From an uncultured Chloroflexia bacterium (GTDB taxonomy: Bacteria > Chloroflexota > Limnocylindria > Limnocylindrales > CSP1-4), in assembly GCA_963768655.1 (NCBI GenBank), contig CAVYIM010000003.1, positions 128,001-192,000 of the forward strand: a stretch of DNA of 64,000 nucleotides, in the 5' to 3' direction. The notes beneath the pieces were generated by a model. The model was not told where the DNA came from and searched no databases. It was given only the letters and a program-made list of their open reading frames with translations. Shown here one piece after another: positions 53,778 through 62,575 of this stretch. Both the position numbers and the translations under genes were made by a program. How positions within the stretch are numbered: the first letter of the stretch is position 1; every line of letters starts with the position of its first letter.

Positions 53778-54164
53778 CTATCGTGGCTCGATCGCTATCT
53801 CGTCGCCCACGGCCGTCGCCGACTGGTCGATCGTTCCGGGCGGCAGCTCCAGGACTCCCTTCGCACCGCCGACGCGCCACACGACGCCGCGCCACGGCGG
53901 TACGGCTCGATGCAGCGATAGGACCCGGCGCGGCCCATCGCGCCTGTCCGCCGGCGGTGCAACGAAAACGACGTCGATCGCGAAACGCATGAACAGCATG
54001 TGGATGCCGTTTTCTCCCGGTAACCACAGTCCGTCTCCTCGCGGCAGCGACGAGCGACCCATGAGGCCCATGAACTTGGACCAGAAAGAGGAACCGTCCT
54101 CGAGCCGCTCGGCCAGCACGGTCCCCCGGCTGGTGTTGCGGGCCACCAGAAGCGGCCTGCTCAC
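53778..54164 (-). CDS. DUF192 family protein
   Basis: FMGLMGR, IHMLFMRFAIDVVF, VLELPPG. Confidence 0.85.
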   Translation of the reverse strand: MSRPLLVARNTSRGTVLAERLEDGSSFWSKFMGLMGRSSLPRGDGLWLPGENGIHMLFMRFAIDVVFVAPPADRRDGPRRVLSLHRAVPPWRGVVWRVGGAKGVLELPPGTIDQSATAVGDEIAIEPR

Positions 54165-54180
54165 CTGCCCGGAACCCCGC

Positions 54181-55135
54181 TCACCGGGTCGGGATGCCGC
54201 CGCCGGAGAAGGTCTTCACCAGCGAGATGATGGCCGGGCCGAGAATGACGACGAATAGCGACGGGAAGATGCAGCCGACAAGCGGGAACAGCATCTTGAT
54301 CGGCGCCTTGGCGGCCATCTCTTCGGCTCGCTGGCGGCGCTCGATTTCGGAGCTGCTCGGACTGAACCTGCAGCACCTTGGAGATCGAAACGCCCAGCGT
54401 CTCGGCCTGGATGATCGCGCCGATGAAGTTGGACAGGGGCTGGACGTTGGTCCGCGGAATCATGTCGCGCAGAGCCTCGCGCCGGGCCTTGCCCACGCGC
54501 ACCTCGGCCAGCGCCCGCCGGAACTCGTCGGTCAGTGGACCGGGCAGCTTCTCGACCACCTTGGCCAGCGCGGCGTCGAAGCCGAGACCGGCGCGCACGG
54601 AGATCGTCAGCAGGTCCAGCGTGTCCGGGATCATCTTGAGGATGACCTTCTGGCGAGCCTTGATCCTGCGGCCGAGCCAGAACTCGGGCGCAAGGTAGCC
54701 GATGAAGAAGCCGATGGCGCCGAACAAGACAGGCCGGGCCAGGTCGCCAGGCTTGGCGATCCCCCCGCCGGCCACGACGCCCAGCAACACGAACAGGACG
54801 ACGGCCGTGCCGATGCCCACCAGCATCTTCACGCCCATCCAGTCCGCCAGCCGCATGTCGCCCGGATTGCCTGCGAGCGCGAGTCTCTTCTCGGCCGTTT
54901 CGGACGACGAGGCGCTGCTCAGCCGCGACCCCGTCCGCGACAGTCGTGCGATGAGGGGGCGCAGGGTGCGTTCGGCGAAGGGCTGCTGGAGTTCGAGCTC
55001 TTCGAGATTGCGGGCCTGGATGTTGCCCAGCTGAGTCAGCCGGGCCTGGACCGGATCGACCGATCCGCCGCTGGCGAGAGCCACGAAGATCAGGAAGATC
55101 CCGAGGCCCGCCACGCCGGCAAGGACGTACACCAT
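54181..55135 (-). CDS. tadC: Tad pilus platform protein TadC, apparent frameshift near 54346
   Basis: PDTLDLL...AGLGFDAAL; removing one base at CGA A ATC restores [23 protein letters not shown], ending at TGA 54181. Confidence 0.87.
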
Positions 55136-55136
55136 G

Positions 55137-56144
55137 TCAGACCTCGATGCTGATGATGCTGCGGATGATCATGAACCCGATGAACATGTTGATCCCGGCA
55201 AGGCACAAGACGATCAGGCCCACCGGCAGATTGAAGATCCCCGGCGGATTCTCGAACATGGGCTGCATGAACTTGGGGGCAATGACGAACAGGACGCCCA
55301 CCAGGCCGATCGGCAGGAAGGCGACCAGGTAACCGGACATTCGCTGCTGCGCGGTCAGGGTCCTGATCTCGCCCTTGATCCTGACGCGCTCGCGGATGGT
55401 GAAGGCGATCGAATCCAGGATCTCGGCCAGGTTGCCGCCGACCTGGTGCTGGATCGTGATGGCCGTGGCCATCAGCTCGAGATCGTCCGAGCGCACGCGG
55501 CGGACCATGTTGTCGAGCGCGACGTCGAAGGCAAGGCCAAGGTTGACCTCGCGGACGACGCGTCCGAACTCGGTCGTGATCGGCGGCTGGGCCTCGCGCA
55601 CGACCATCTCGATGGCCTGCAGGAACGAGGAGCCCGCCCGCAGGGCGTTGGCGATCAGCGTGATCGTGTCGGGCAGCTGCTTGTTGAAGGCATTGAGGCG
55701 CGACGCGCGGCGGCGGCCCAGCCAGAAGCGCGGCAGCCAGGCGCCGATGGCGGCACCTATCAGGAGCCCCAACGGAGACGAAAGCGGCTGTAGAACGAGG
55801 CCCAGGAACAGGAACAGGAAGGGGATGCCCACGATGGACCCGATCCAGAGCGCGATGAACTCGCCCGGCTTGAGCTTGAGATCGGCGCGCGCGATGTCGC
55901 GGGCCAGGTTCGCGCCGAAGTCGCGCTGCTCCACGATCTTGTTCAGGCGGGCCAGGGCGACGCTCTGAGAAAGTACGTCGCCGATTCCGACGCCCGGCTG
56001 GACGGTCGTAGTGGTGGCCTCGGGCTTGCTCGCGGTATAGCGCTCGAGCCGGGCGCTGATTCCCGATCCGCGCCCGGAAGTCGCCAGACCGATGAACACG
56101 AGAATGATCCCCAAGCCCAGGATCAGCGCGACGATGACGACCAT
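55137..56144 (-). CDS. tadB: Tad pilus platform protein TadB
   Basis: QLPDTI...LRAG.S, GGNLAEILD, RTLTAQ. Confidence 0.9.
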   Translation of the reverse strand: MVVIVALILGLGIILVFIGLATSGRGSGISARLERYTASKPEATTTTVQPGVGIGDVLSQSVALARLNKIVEQRDFGANLARDIARADLKLKPGEFIALWIGSIVGIPFLFLFLGLVLQPLSSPLGLLIGAAIGAWLPRFWLGRRRASRLNAFNKQLPDTITLIANALRAGSSFLQAIEMVVREAQPPITTEFGRVVREVNLGLAFDVALDNMVRRVRSDDLELMATAITIQHQVGGNLAEILDSIAFTIRERVRIKGEIRTLTAQQRMSGYLVAFLPIGLVGVLFVIAPKFMQPMFENPPGIFNLPVGLIVLCLAGINMFIGFMIIRSIISIEV

Positions 56145-56168
56145 GGCGGCCTCCCTGCCTCCGTTTCT

Positions 56169-57566
56169 CTACGCGAAGCCGAACAGGCCGCGCGGCAGGT
56201 GAATGCCCATCACTTCGAACTTCTCGACGAACTTGGGCCGGATGCCGGTCGGGCGGAGGCGGCCCTGGATCTTGCCTTCGACGACGCCGGTCTGTTCCCA
56301 GACGAAGACGTCCTGCATGACGATGACGTCGCCCTCCATGCCCTGGACTTCGGTGATGTTCACGATCCTGCGGGTGCCGTCCTTCAGGCGGGATTGGTGG
56401 ACGATGAGATCCACGGCGGAGGAGACCTGCTCCCGAATGGCTCGCAGAGGCAGGTCGACGCCGGCCATGAGCACCATCGTCTCGAGTCGGGCGAGCATGT
56501 CGCGGGGGCTGTTGGCATGGCCGGTGGACATCGAGCCGTCGTGGCCGGTGTTCATGGCCTGGAGCATGTCCAGCGCCTCGCCGCCTCGGCACTCGCCGAC
56601 GATGATTCGATCGGGCCGCATTCGGAGGCAGTTGCGGACGAGCTCGCGGATCGGGATGGCGCCGCGGCCTTCGATGTTCGGTGGCCGCGACTCGAGGGTT
56701 ACCACGTGCTCCTGACGGAGCTGGAGTTCGGCCGCATCCTCGACGGTGATGATGCGCTCGTCGTTCGGGATGAACGACGAGAGCACGTTGAGGGTCGTCG
56801 TCTTGCCCGAACCGGTTCCACCTGACACGAAGATGTTCAGGCGCGCTTCCACGCAGGCGCGCAGGAAGTCGAACATCTCCGGTGTCGACGTGCCGAAGCG
56901 GATCAGGTCGTCGACGGTGAACGGCGAGGCGGAGAACTTTCGGACGGTGATCACGGGCCCGATCAGGGACAGCGGCGGGATGATGGCGTTGACGCGGGAG
57001 CCGTCCGTCAGGCGTGCGTCGACCATCGGACTCGACTCGTCGATGCGGCGGCCGATCGGGGCGATGATCCGATCGATGATGCGCATCACGTGGTCGTCGT
57101 TCTGGAAGACGACGTTGGTGAGCTCCAGCCGGCCGTTGCGCTCGATGTACACCTGGCGCGGCCCGTTGACCATGATTTCAGTCACGGTCTCGTCGCGGAG
57201 CAGCGGCTCCATTGGCCCGAGACCGATGATCTCGTCGGTGATCTGCTCGAGCATGCGAACACGCTCGGCGCGAGTGAGAGCCAGGCCCTCCTCGTCGATG
57301 ACCCGTCCGAAGATCTCCTCGATCTGGCGACGAACCTCGACCTGGTTGGCCAGGTCGAGCTTGGGGTCCAGATCCTGGATGACCCGCGACTGGATCCGGA
57401 ACTTGACTTCTCGCAGGGATTCCCGAACGGGAGCCTGACTGAGGAGTCGTTGGCCGGAGGGTGCGGCGGGAACTCCCGGAGTTCCGGGAGGTGCGGCCGG
57501 CCCGCCGCCTGGCGCGCCTGGCGCCACGCCCGGTCGAGCGCTCTCGATTCGCTTCAGAAGGGACAT
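56169..57566 (-). CDS. cpaF: Tad pilus ATPase CpaF/TadA
   Basis: [35 protein letters not shown]. Confidence 0.95.
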   Translation of the reverse strand: MSLLKRIESARPGVAPGAPGGGPAAPPGTPGVPAAPSGQRLLSQAPVRESLREVKFRIQSRVIQDLDPKLDLANQVEVRRQIEEIFGRVIDEEGLALTRAERVRMLEQITDEIIGLGPMEPLLRDETVTEIMVNGPRQVYIERNGRLELTNVVFQNDDHVMRIIDRIIAPIGRRIDESSPMVDARLTDGSRVNAIIPPLSLIGPVITVRKFSASPFTVDDLIRFGTSTPEMFDFLRACVEARLNIFVSGGTGSGKTTTLNVLSSFIPNDERIITVEDAAELQLRQEHVVTLESRPPNIEGRGAIPIRELVRNCLRMRPDRIIVGECRGGEALDMLQAMNTGHDGSMSTGHANSPRDMLARLETMVLMAGVDLPLRAIREQVSSAVDLIVHQSRLKDGTRRIVNITEVQGMEGDVIVMQDVFVWEQTGVVEGKIQGRLRPTGIRPKFVEKFEVMGIHLPRGLFGFA

Positions 57567-57594
57567 CGCCTACACCCCTTGCTCGCCCGAAGGG

Positions 57595-58824
57595 TCATCT
57601 CCATGCGAAGAGTGACTTGCCTTTTTGGGACGACTTGTGATCCGCTTCGCGAGGTTCTCGGTTGCTTGTGATGGCCGTTGCCAGACGAAGAACGTCCTGG
57701 GAGACCTGGGCCTCACGATTGCTGAGAACGAACGGTACTCCCCGGTTCAGCGCGTATACGACGGCGCGGCCGTCGCTGACGATGGTGTTGTCTACCTTCC
57801 GGCCGATCGAATGCTCGACATCGGCCACTCTGATCCCAAGCGTAGTGTCGGCCCGGTTCAGGACGAGCCGAATCTTGTCCTCGTAGCCGAGCTTCTCGGC
57901 CACCTCGAGAAAGAGCCTGATGTTCTTGATGCTGGTGATCTCCAGCGTCAGGACGGTCAGCACGATGTCCGCCACGTCAAGGATACCCAGCGTCGTATCG
58001 TTGAACCACGCTGCGCAATCGATGACCACAAGCTCGTAGCTCTGCCGCAAAGCCTCGACCACGCGCTTCACGCCCGTCGGCGTGATCACGTCCGCCATCT
58101 CCGGCGATGGCGGAGCCAGGATCACGTGTACGCCCGACGAGTGGGTGACCGTGTAGGTGCCGACCGCGTCGATGTCGCCGCCGGCGTCGAGGTCCGAGAC
58201 GAGCTCGAACATCGACTTGTCTTTGGGGTTGAGGTTCAGCAGGACGGCAACGTCGCCGAACTGGAACGAGCCGTCGACCAGGACGACCTTCTTGTTCAGC
58301 TCGGTGGCGGCGACGATGGCCAGGTTGACCGCGATGGTCGTCCGGCCGACGCCGCCCTTGGGGCTGAAGACGGCCACGACGGTGCCGAGTTCCCGCGACT
58401 CGGGGCTACGCGGAGGCGCGATCGCGACGACGCGTCCGGCCTTCTCCTTCTCGCGCGAGTAGAGCTGCCGAACCGACGCCGTCAGCTCATCGCTGCTGAA
58501 GGGTTTGACCAGGAACTCCCGAGCGCCGGCCAGCATCGAGCGGCGGAGATAGTCGGCCTCTCCCTGGACCGACATCATCACCACCGAGGCGCTCGGAACC
58601 TGCGAAGAGAGGCGTTCGGTCGCGGTGATGCCGTCCATATCGGGCATGTTGATGTCCATCAGGATCACGTCGGGCAGGAGTTGCGTCGCCTGCGCGATCG
58701 CCTCGGTTCCGGAGGACGCCGCGCCCACCACCTCGATGTCCGGTTCGAAGCCCAGGAGCTTGGCGAGGTGGTCGCGGGTTTCCGGGATGTCGTCGACGAT
58801 GAGGACCCTGATCCGGTCTGCCAT
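57595..58824 (-). CDS. cpaE: CpaE/TadZ-like receiver + MinD-type ATPase
   Basis: REC domain (VDD, LMDINMP, VKP) fused to SPKGGVGRTT. Confidence 0.88.
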   Translation of the reverse strand: MADRIRVLIVDDIPETRDHLAKLLGFEPDIEVVGAASSGTEAIAQATQLLPDVILMDINMPDMDGITATERLSSQVPSASVVMMSVQGEADYLRRSMLAGAREFLVKPFSSDELTASVRQLYSREKEKAGRVVAIAPPRSPESRELGTVVAVFSPKGGVGRTTIAVNLAIVAATELNKKVVLVDGSFQFGDVAVLLNLNPKDKSMFELVSDLDAGGDIDAVGTYTVTHSSGVHVILAPPSPEMADVITPTGVKRVVEALRQSYELVVIDCAAWFNDTTLGILDVADIVLTVLTLEITSIKNIRLFLEVAEKLGYEDKIRLVLNRADTTLGIRVADVEHSIGRKVDNTIVSDGRAVVYALNRGVPFVLSNREAQVSQDVLRLATAITSNREPREADHKSSQKGKSLFAWR

Positions 58825-58910
58825 TGAGTGTCTGTTACTCCAGCAAGTCGCGCGAGAGGCCGATTGCTCGGCCTCTCGCTATCGCATCAGCCGTTGTGCG
58901 GCGGTGCGCG

Positions 58911-59873
58911 TTACCAGGAGAGCTCTTTGGCCAGGTCGGCCGGGATCATCGCTCGCGGATCGGGCGGCAGGACGCCGTAGATCGTCACCAGCTGCTTCAG
59001 GGTGATCCCAGGAGTGGTGACGTCCGGGGCATTGTTGTCCTGATCTGAGCGCAGAGCCAGGCCGAGGGTGATGTAGTTCTGCGGGTCGAGCTTCTCTTCG
59101 CGCTGAGCCCACCGGATGATCTCGGCCTGGTCAGGCTTGACCTCGATCACCACGATCATGTGGGCGCCGGTGTTGGTTATCGTCTGGGCGGTTGCCTCAG
59201 GGACCGGCGTCGGCGAGGCTGCGGCGGCCGCGCCATTCTGGGCGGCTGTGGGCGGCGGGAGAAGCGTGGCCAGGATCTTGACATTCTGGATGACCGTCTT
59301 GGTGGTCACATCCTGCGTCCCGCTCAGCGTGACCTTGAACTTGTCGGTGGGCGTTCCGATGTAGTCCAGGCCGAGCTCATTGACCCAGACGGACAGGATG
59401 ATGTCCACGTGGTCGCCCGGCACCAGGAGCTCGCCGACGCCGTTGACTTGATCGACCTCCATGGAAACCGCGACGCTGCCGGGGTCGATGCCGGACGCGA
59501 GATCCTGGCCCGCGACGAACGTTCCGGGCTGCAGGAAGGACGTGTCGGCATAGAGGATGCTGCCCTTGGTGATGGTGCCGCCGGCAATCTTGCCGATCAC
59601 CTGGTCCGTCGTGGTGTACGTGTCTCCCTGGAGAGCGTCGCGGTCCGAAAGCGACATGGTTTCGGTGGTGACCATGTCCGACGTGATCTTGTCACCCAGC
59701 GCGATGTCCGTCGCGGCTATGACGACCGAGACCTGCGGCTCAGGTGTTGGGGTCGGTGTGCCTTTCGCCCCGCCGCCGGAGCTGCTGCCGCCGGCGACGA
59801 CGATCACCCCGACCATCGCAAGGACCGCGAGGAATACCCCAAATAGAATGAGGAGCCGATTCGAACGCTTCAC
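58911..59873 (-). CDS. cpaB: Flp pilus assembly protein CpaB/RcpC
   Basis: N-terminal TM, SAF-like VVIAATDI, PGDHVDII, QNVKILA. Confidence 0.87.
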   Translation of the reverse strand: MKRSNRLLILFGVFLAVLAMVGVIVVAGGSSSGGGAKGTPTPTPEPQVSVVIAATDIALGDKITSDMVTTETMSLSDRDALQGDTYTTTDQVIGKIAGGTITKGSILYADTSFLQPGTFVAGQDLASGIDPGSVAVSMEVDQVNGVGELLVPGDHVDIILSVWVNELGLDYIGTPTDKFKVTLSGTQDVTTKTVIQNVKILATLLPPPTAAQNGAAAAASPTPVPEATAQTITNTGAHMIVVIEVKPDQAEIIRWAQREEKLDPQNYITLGLALRSDQDNNAPDVTTPGITLKQLVTIYGVLPPDPRAMIPADLAKELSW

Positions 59874-59937
59874 AACGTCTCTCCCGAGGGCATGTGACAG
59901 GAGTCACCACAGTAGCCTTGCGGTGTACCTAAACGCG

Positions 59938-59946
59938 ACTATACCA
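59938..59946 (-). promoter_or_regulatory. Putative extended -10 promoter for cpaB-tad
   Basis: TGgTATAGT ~65 nt upstream of cpaB. Confidence 0.5.
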
Positions 59947-60034
59947 ATGGGCTAGGCCGGCTAGGAAGGTTTCTCCGCAATTACGCCGCCGATCGAGGGG
60001 ATTCGAGCGTGATCGGCGGCGTTCAGAGGGAACG

Positions 60035-60064
60035 AAAAAGGGCCGCGCCAGAGGCGCGGCCCTT
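60035..60064 (-). terminator. Intrinsic terminator after the flp pilin
   Basis: AAGGGCCGCGCC-TCT-GGCGCGGCCCTT hairpin with a T-run on the minus strand. Confidence 0.85.
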
Positions 60065-60084
60065 AGTTTGTCGCAGAGCAGCGG

Positions 60085-60225
60085 CTACAGGCTGTGGCCG
60101 ATGGTGCTGAGGATGGTGTCGATCTGGCCGCTCAGGAAGAGCAGAGCGGTGATCGCAAGGATCGCGATGAGCGCGAGGATCAGGGCGTACTCCGCAAGAC
60201 CCTGGCCCTTAGACCGGAGAAGCAT
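60085..60225 (-). CDS. flp: Flp family type IVb pilin (46 aa)
   Basis: Not in the ORF track. AGGAGG RBS; MLLRSKG|QGLAEYALILALIAILAITALLFLSGQIDTILSTIGHSL. Confidence 0.9.
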   Translation of the reverse strand: MLLRSKGQGLAEYALILALIAILAITALLFLSGQIDTILSTIGHSL

Positions 60226-60412
60226 CGATGGCCTCCTGATGAGAACGGCCTCCAATGAGAGGATGTCCAGTATTCTGAGAGCTGGGGATCGGCGGAGCCA
60301 CTAGCAAGATGGTAATGGGACCGGCCCGGAGTCCACCTCTCCGCACTGTTGCCGGCGCCCTCGAGCGCCCGTCCCGGCGCTGACGGGCAACGGGCTGTGG
60401 GCAACTCGCCCG

Positions 60413-60456
60413 GCCGATCCCGCGCCCCCGCCGAGCCGATCCCGCGCCCCCGCCGA
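60413..60456. repeat. 22-bp tandem repeat, 2 copies
   Basis: GCCGATCCCGCGCCCCCGCCGA twice, between the two pilin genes. Confidence 0.8.
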
Positions 60457-60466
60457 GCCCGCCAGC

Positions 60467-60643
60467 CTAGACGGCGGACGCGATCAGGCTCAGCAGCGAA
60501 GACAGCTCGTCGCCGAAGAAGAGCAGCGACCCGATGCACACGACGACCGCCAGAACGAGGATTAGCCCGTACTCGACGAGCCCCTGGCCGGCCTGGCTTG
60601 CGGCGCTCGGCCGCCGGAACCGGGCCGAGTGGTCGCGGGTCAC
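60467..60643 (-). CDS. Second Flp-like pilin (58 aa)
   Basis: Not in the ORF track. VTRDH...AG|QGLVEYGLILVLAVVVCIGSLLFFGDELSSLLSLIASAV; GTG overlaps the pseudo-kinase stop. Confidence 0.8.
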   Translation of the reverse strand: MTRDHSARFRRPSAASQAGQGLVEYGLILVLAVVVCIGSLLFFGDELSSLLSLIASAV

Positions 60644-61824
60644 CGAGTGGCCAGCACCAGCACGAGCTCACGGCCGTCGTCGACGAGCTCGGCTGCGACC
60701 CCGATGGTGTCGGCCCGCTGCTGAACCTCGCGCCACGTCGAGGCCGGAAGGGCGAGGACCTGGGATTGCCTCTTGGTGCTGCGCGCCGCGGCGGCGCCGG
60801 CGCGCTGCTCGTCGATCATAGCCCGCAGCGCCTCGGGAATCTCGCGGTCCCCGCCCTTGCCGCGCTTCTCCCCGTTGCCCGCCTCCTCCTCCGGTTCCTC
60901 CTCTTCAGCCGGCTCGGCACCTTCGCGGCGGGCGGCGACGTGAGCCTCGGTCTTGCTGTCTGACCACTCGATCTTGATCGAGATCAGGTCCGGGTGGCAG
61001 GAGAGGAACCCCGTGATCGTCTCGTCGATGATGCGAAAGAGCGCGCTCTCCACGTCCATCGGCAGGCGGCGGTCGGTCCCGTATGAGTCGAACTCGATCG
61101 GGACCTGCGAGCGCCGGCCGCGATCGCGGGCGACACGCCGCAGCGTGGGCACGAGTCCGAGATCATCGAGGACCATCGGCCGGACATCGAAGATGAACGT
61201 CTTGGTCGCGTCCAGGGTGTGCTGGACCATGCCGACCAGCTGACCGATCTCCGCCTTGGCCTGGGCAGGGTCGCGATCGAGCAGGCGCTCGACGATCTGC
61301 GCCTGGAGGACGATATTGGTCAGGCTCTGGGCCGGGCCGTCGTGCATGGCCCGGGCGATGTCCCGGCGAAGGTCCTCCTGCGCCGCCAGGACCAGACGCG
61401 ACACGGCCGGTGGGAGCGGCGTGCTCGTGTCCAGCTTGTCGGGTGTGTGTTGGGGCATCGCACCGCCCATCGAAGCGCGGTCGAGCTCCGAGCTGTAGCG
61501 GCGCAGGCTCTCTCGGAAGCGAGACAGGACCTTGAGCTTGCCTTCGAGAATGTCGACCTGCGCCTCCATGATGGCGGAGCGCCGGGTCAGGGCCATCAGC
61601 TGGTCGGTCTGCTGGGCGTCGTCGCTGTCGGGGTTGTAGCCGGCCGCGGTCTTGAGCTTGTCGGCGGACTGCGCGCGCTTCGTCTCGTGGCGTGAGGCCT
61701 CGGTTCGAGCCTGCTGGACGAGCAGCTCGATCTCGCCGATCTCCCGGGTCAGAAGATCGACCTCACGTCTCGCCCGCTCCGCGATCTCGAGCAGCGGCAG
61801 TGGGAGTGGCTCGGGGGCAGTCAC
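60640..61824 (-). CDS. DegS-like HisKA_3 protein with degenerate ATPase domain (pseudo-kinase)
   Basis: Coiled-coil N-terminus and intact ARAMHDGPAQ; N-box and G-boxes absent. Confidence 0.8.
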   Translation of the reverse strand: MTAPEPLPLPLLEIAERARREVDLLTREIGEIELLVQQARTEASRHETKRAQSADKLKTAAGYNPDSDDAQQTDQLMALTRRSAIMEAQVDILEGKLKVLSRFRESLRRYSSELDRASMGGAMPQHTPDKLDTSTPLPPAVSRLVLAAQEDLRRDIARAMHDGPAQSLTNIVLQAQIVERLLDRDPAQAKAEIGQLVGMVQHTLDATKTFIFDVRPMVLDDLGLVPTLRRVARDRGRRSQVPIEFDSYGTDRRLPMDVESALFRIIDETITGFLSCHPDLISIKIEWSDSKTEAHVAARREGAEPAEEEEPEEEAGNGEKRGKGGDREIPEALRAMIDEQRAGAAAARSTKRQSQVLALPASTWREVQQRADTIGVAAELVDDGRELVLVLATR

Positions 61825-61831
61825 CGGGGGA

Positions 61832-62575
61832 TCAGTCCTCCGGCATTCGGATCCAGCCCTGGCGCATGGCGTACACGACGGCCTGGGTTCGGTCGTTGAC
61901 GCTGAGCTTGCGCAGGATGCTGGACATGTGGTTCTTGACGGTCTGCTCGCTGATGGACAGGGCATAGGCCACCTGTTTGTTGGTCATGCCCTGAGCGATG
62001 TTGTCGAGTATCTCCACCTCACGAGGAGAGAGCGGGGCGAAGATCGGGGCGGCCTCCTGGCCGTAGATCGCCAGCTCGCGGAACTCCTTGAGAACCCGGC
62101 TGGCGACGGCCGGCTTGGCGAAGACCTTGTCGTTGATCAGATACTCGCCGGCCGCGACGCGGCGGATGATCGCGACGAGATCGTCCGGGGCGACGTCCTT
62201 GAGGATGAAGGCGGCAGCGCCTGCCTTGATGGCGTCGAAAAGGGCATCCTCGTCCTCGCTGACGGCCAGGACGATGATCCCCGCCGACGGCAGTTCGCGT
62301 TTGATCCGCTGGGTTGTCTCGATGCCGCCCGGGGCCGGCAGGGACAGGTCCATGAGGATGATGTCGGGCGAGAGTTGCACTGAGAGGTCGAAGGCGCCGC
62401 GAGTGTCGTCCGCCTCTCCGACGATGTCGAATCCGGGCTCCTTTTCCAGGATGTTGCGTACTCCCACCCGGAAGAGGGCATGGTCGTCGACGAGAAGGAT
62501 CGTCGTCTTCTCGCCGCTTCGTGCGGGCGTCCCCGGCCGTCGCCGATCCGGCCCGGTGTAATCCATCGAACTCAT
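61832..62575 (-). CDS. NarL/DegU-family response regulator
   Basis: VDDH, LMD, LKD; LuxR HTH LSPREVEIL...GMTNKQVA...TVKNH. Confidence 0.93.
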   Translation of the reverse strand: MSSMDYTGPDRRRPGTPARSGEKTTILLVDDHALFRVGVRNILEKEPGFDIVGEADDTRGAFDLSVQLSPDIILMDLSLPAPGGIETTQRIKRELPSAGIIVLAVSEDEDALFDAIKAGAAAFILKDVAPDDLVAIIRRVAAGEYLINDKVFAKPAVASRVLKEFRELAIYGQEAAPIFAPLSPREVEILDNIAQGMTNKQVAYALSISEQTVKNHMSSILRKLSVNDRTQAVVYAMRQGWIRMPED

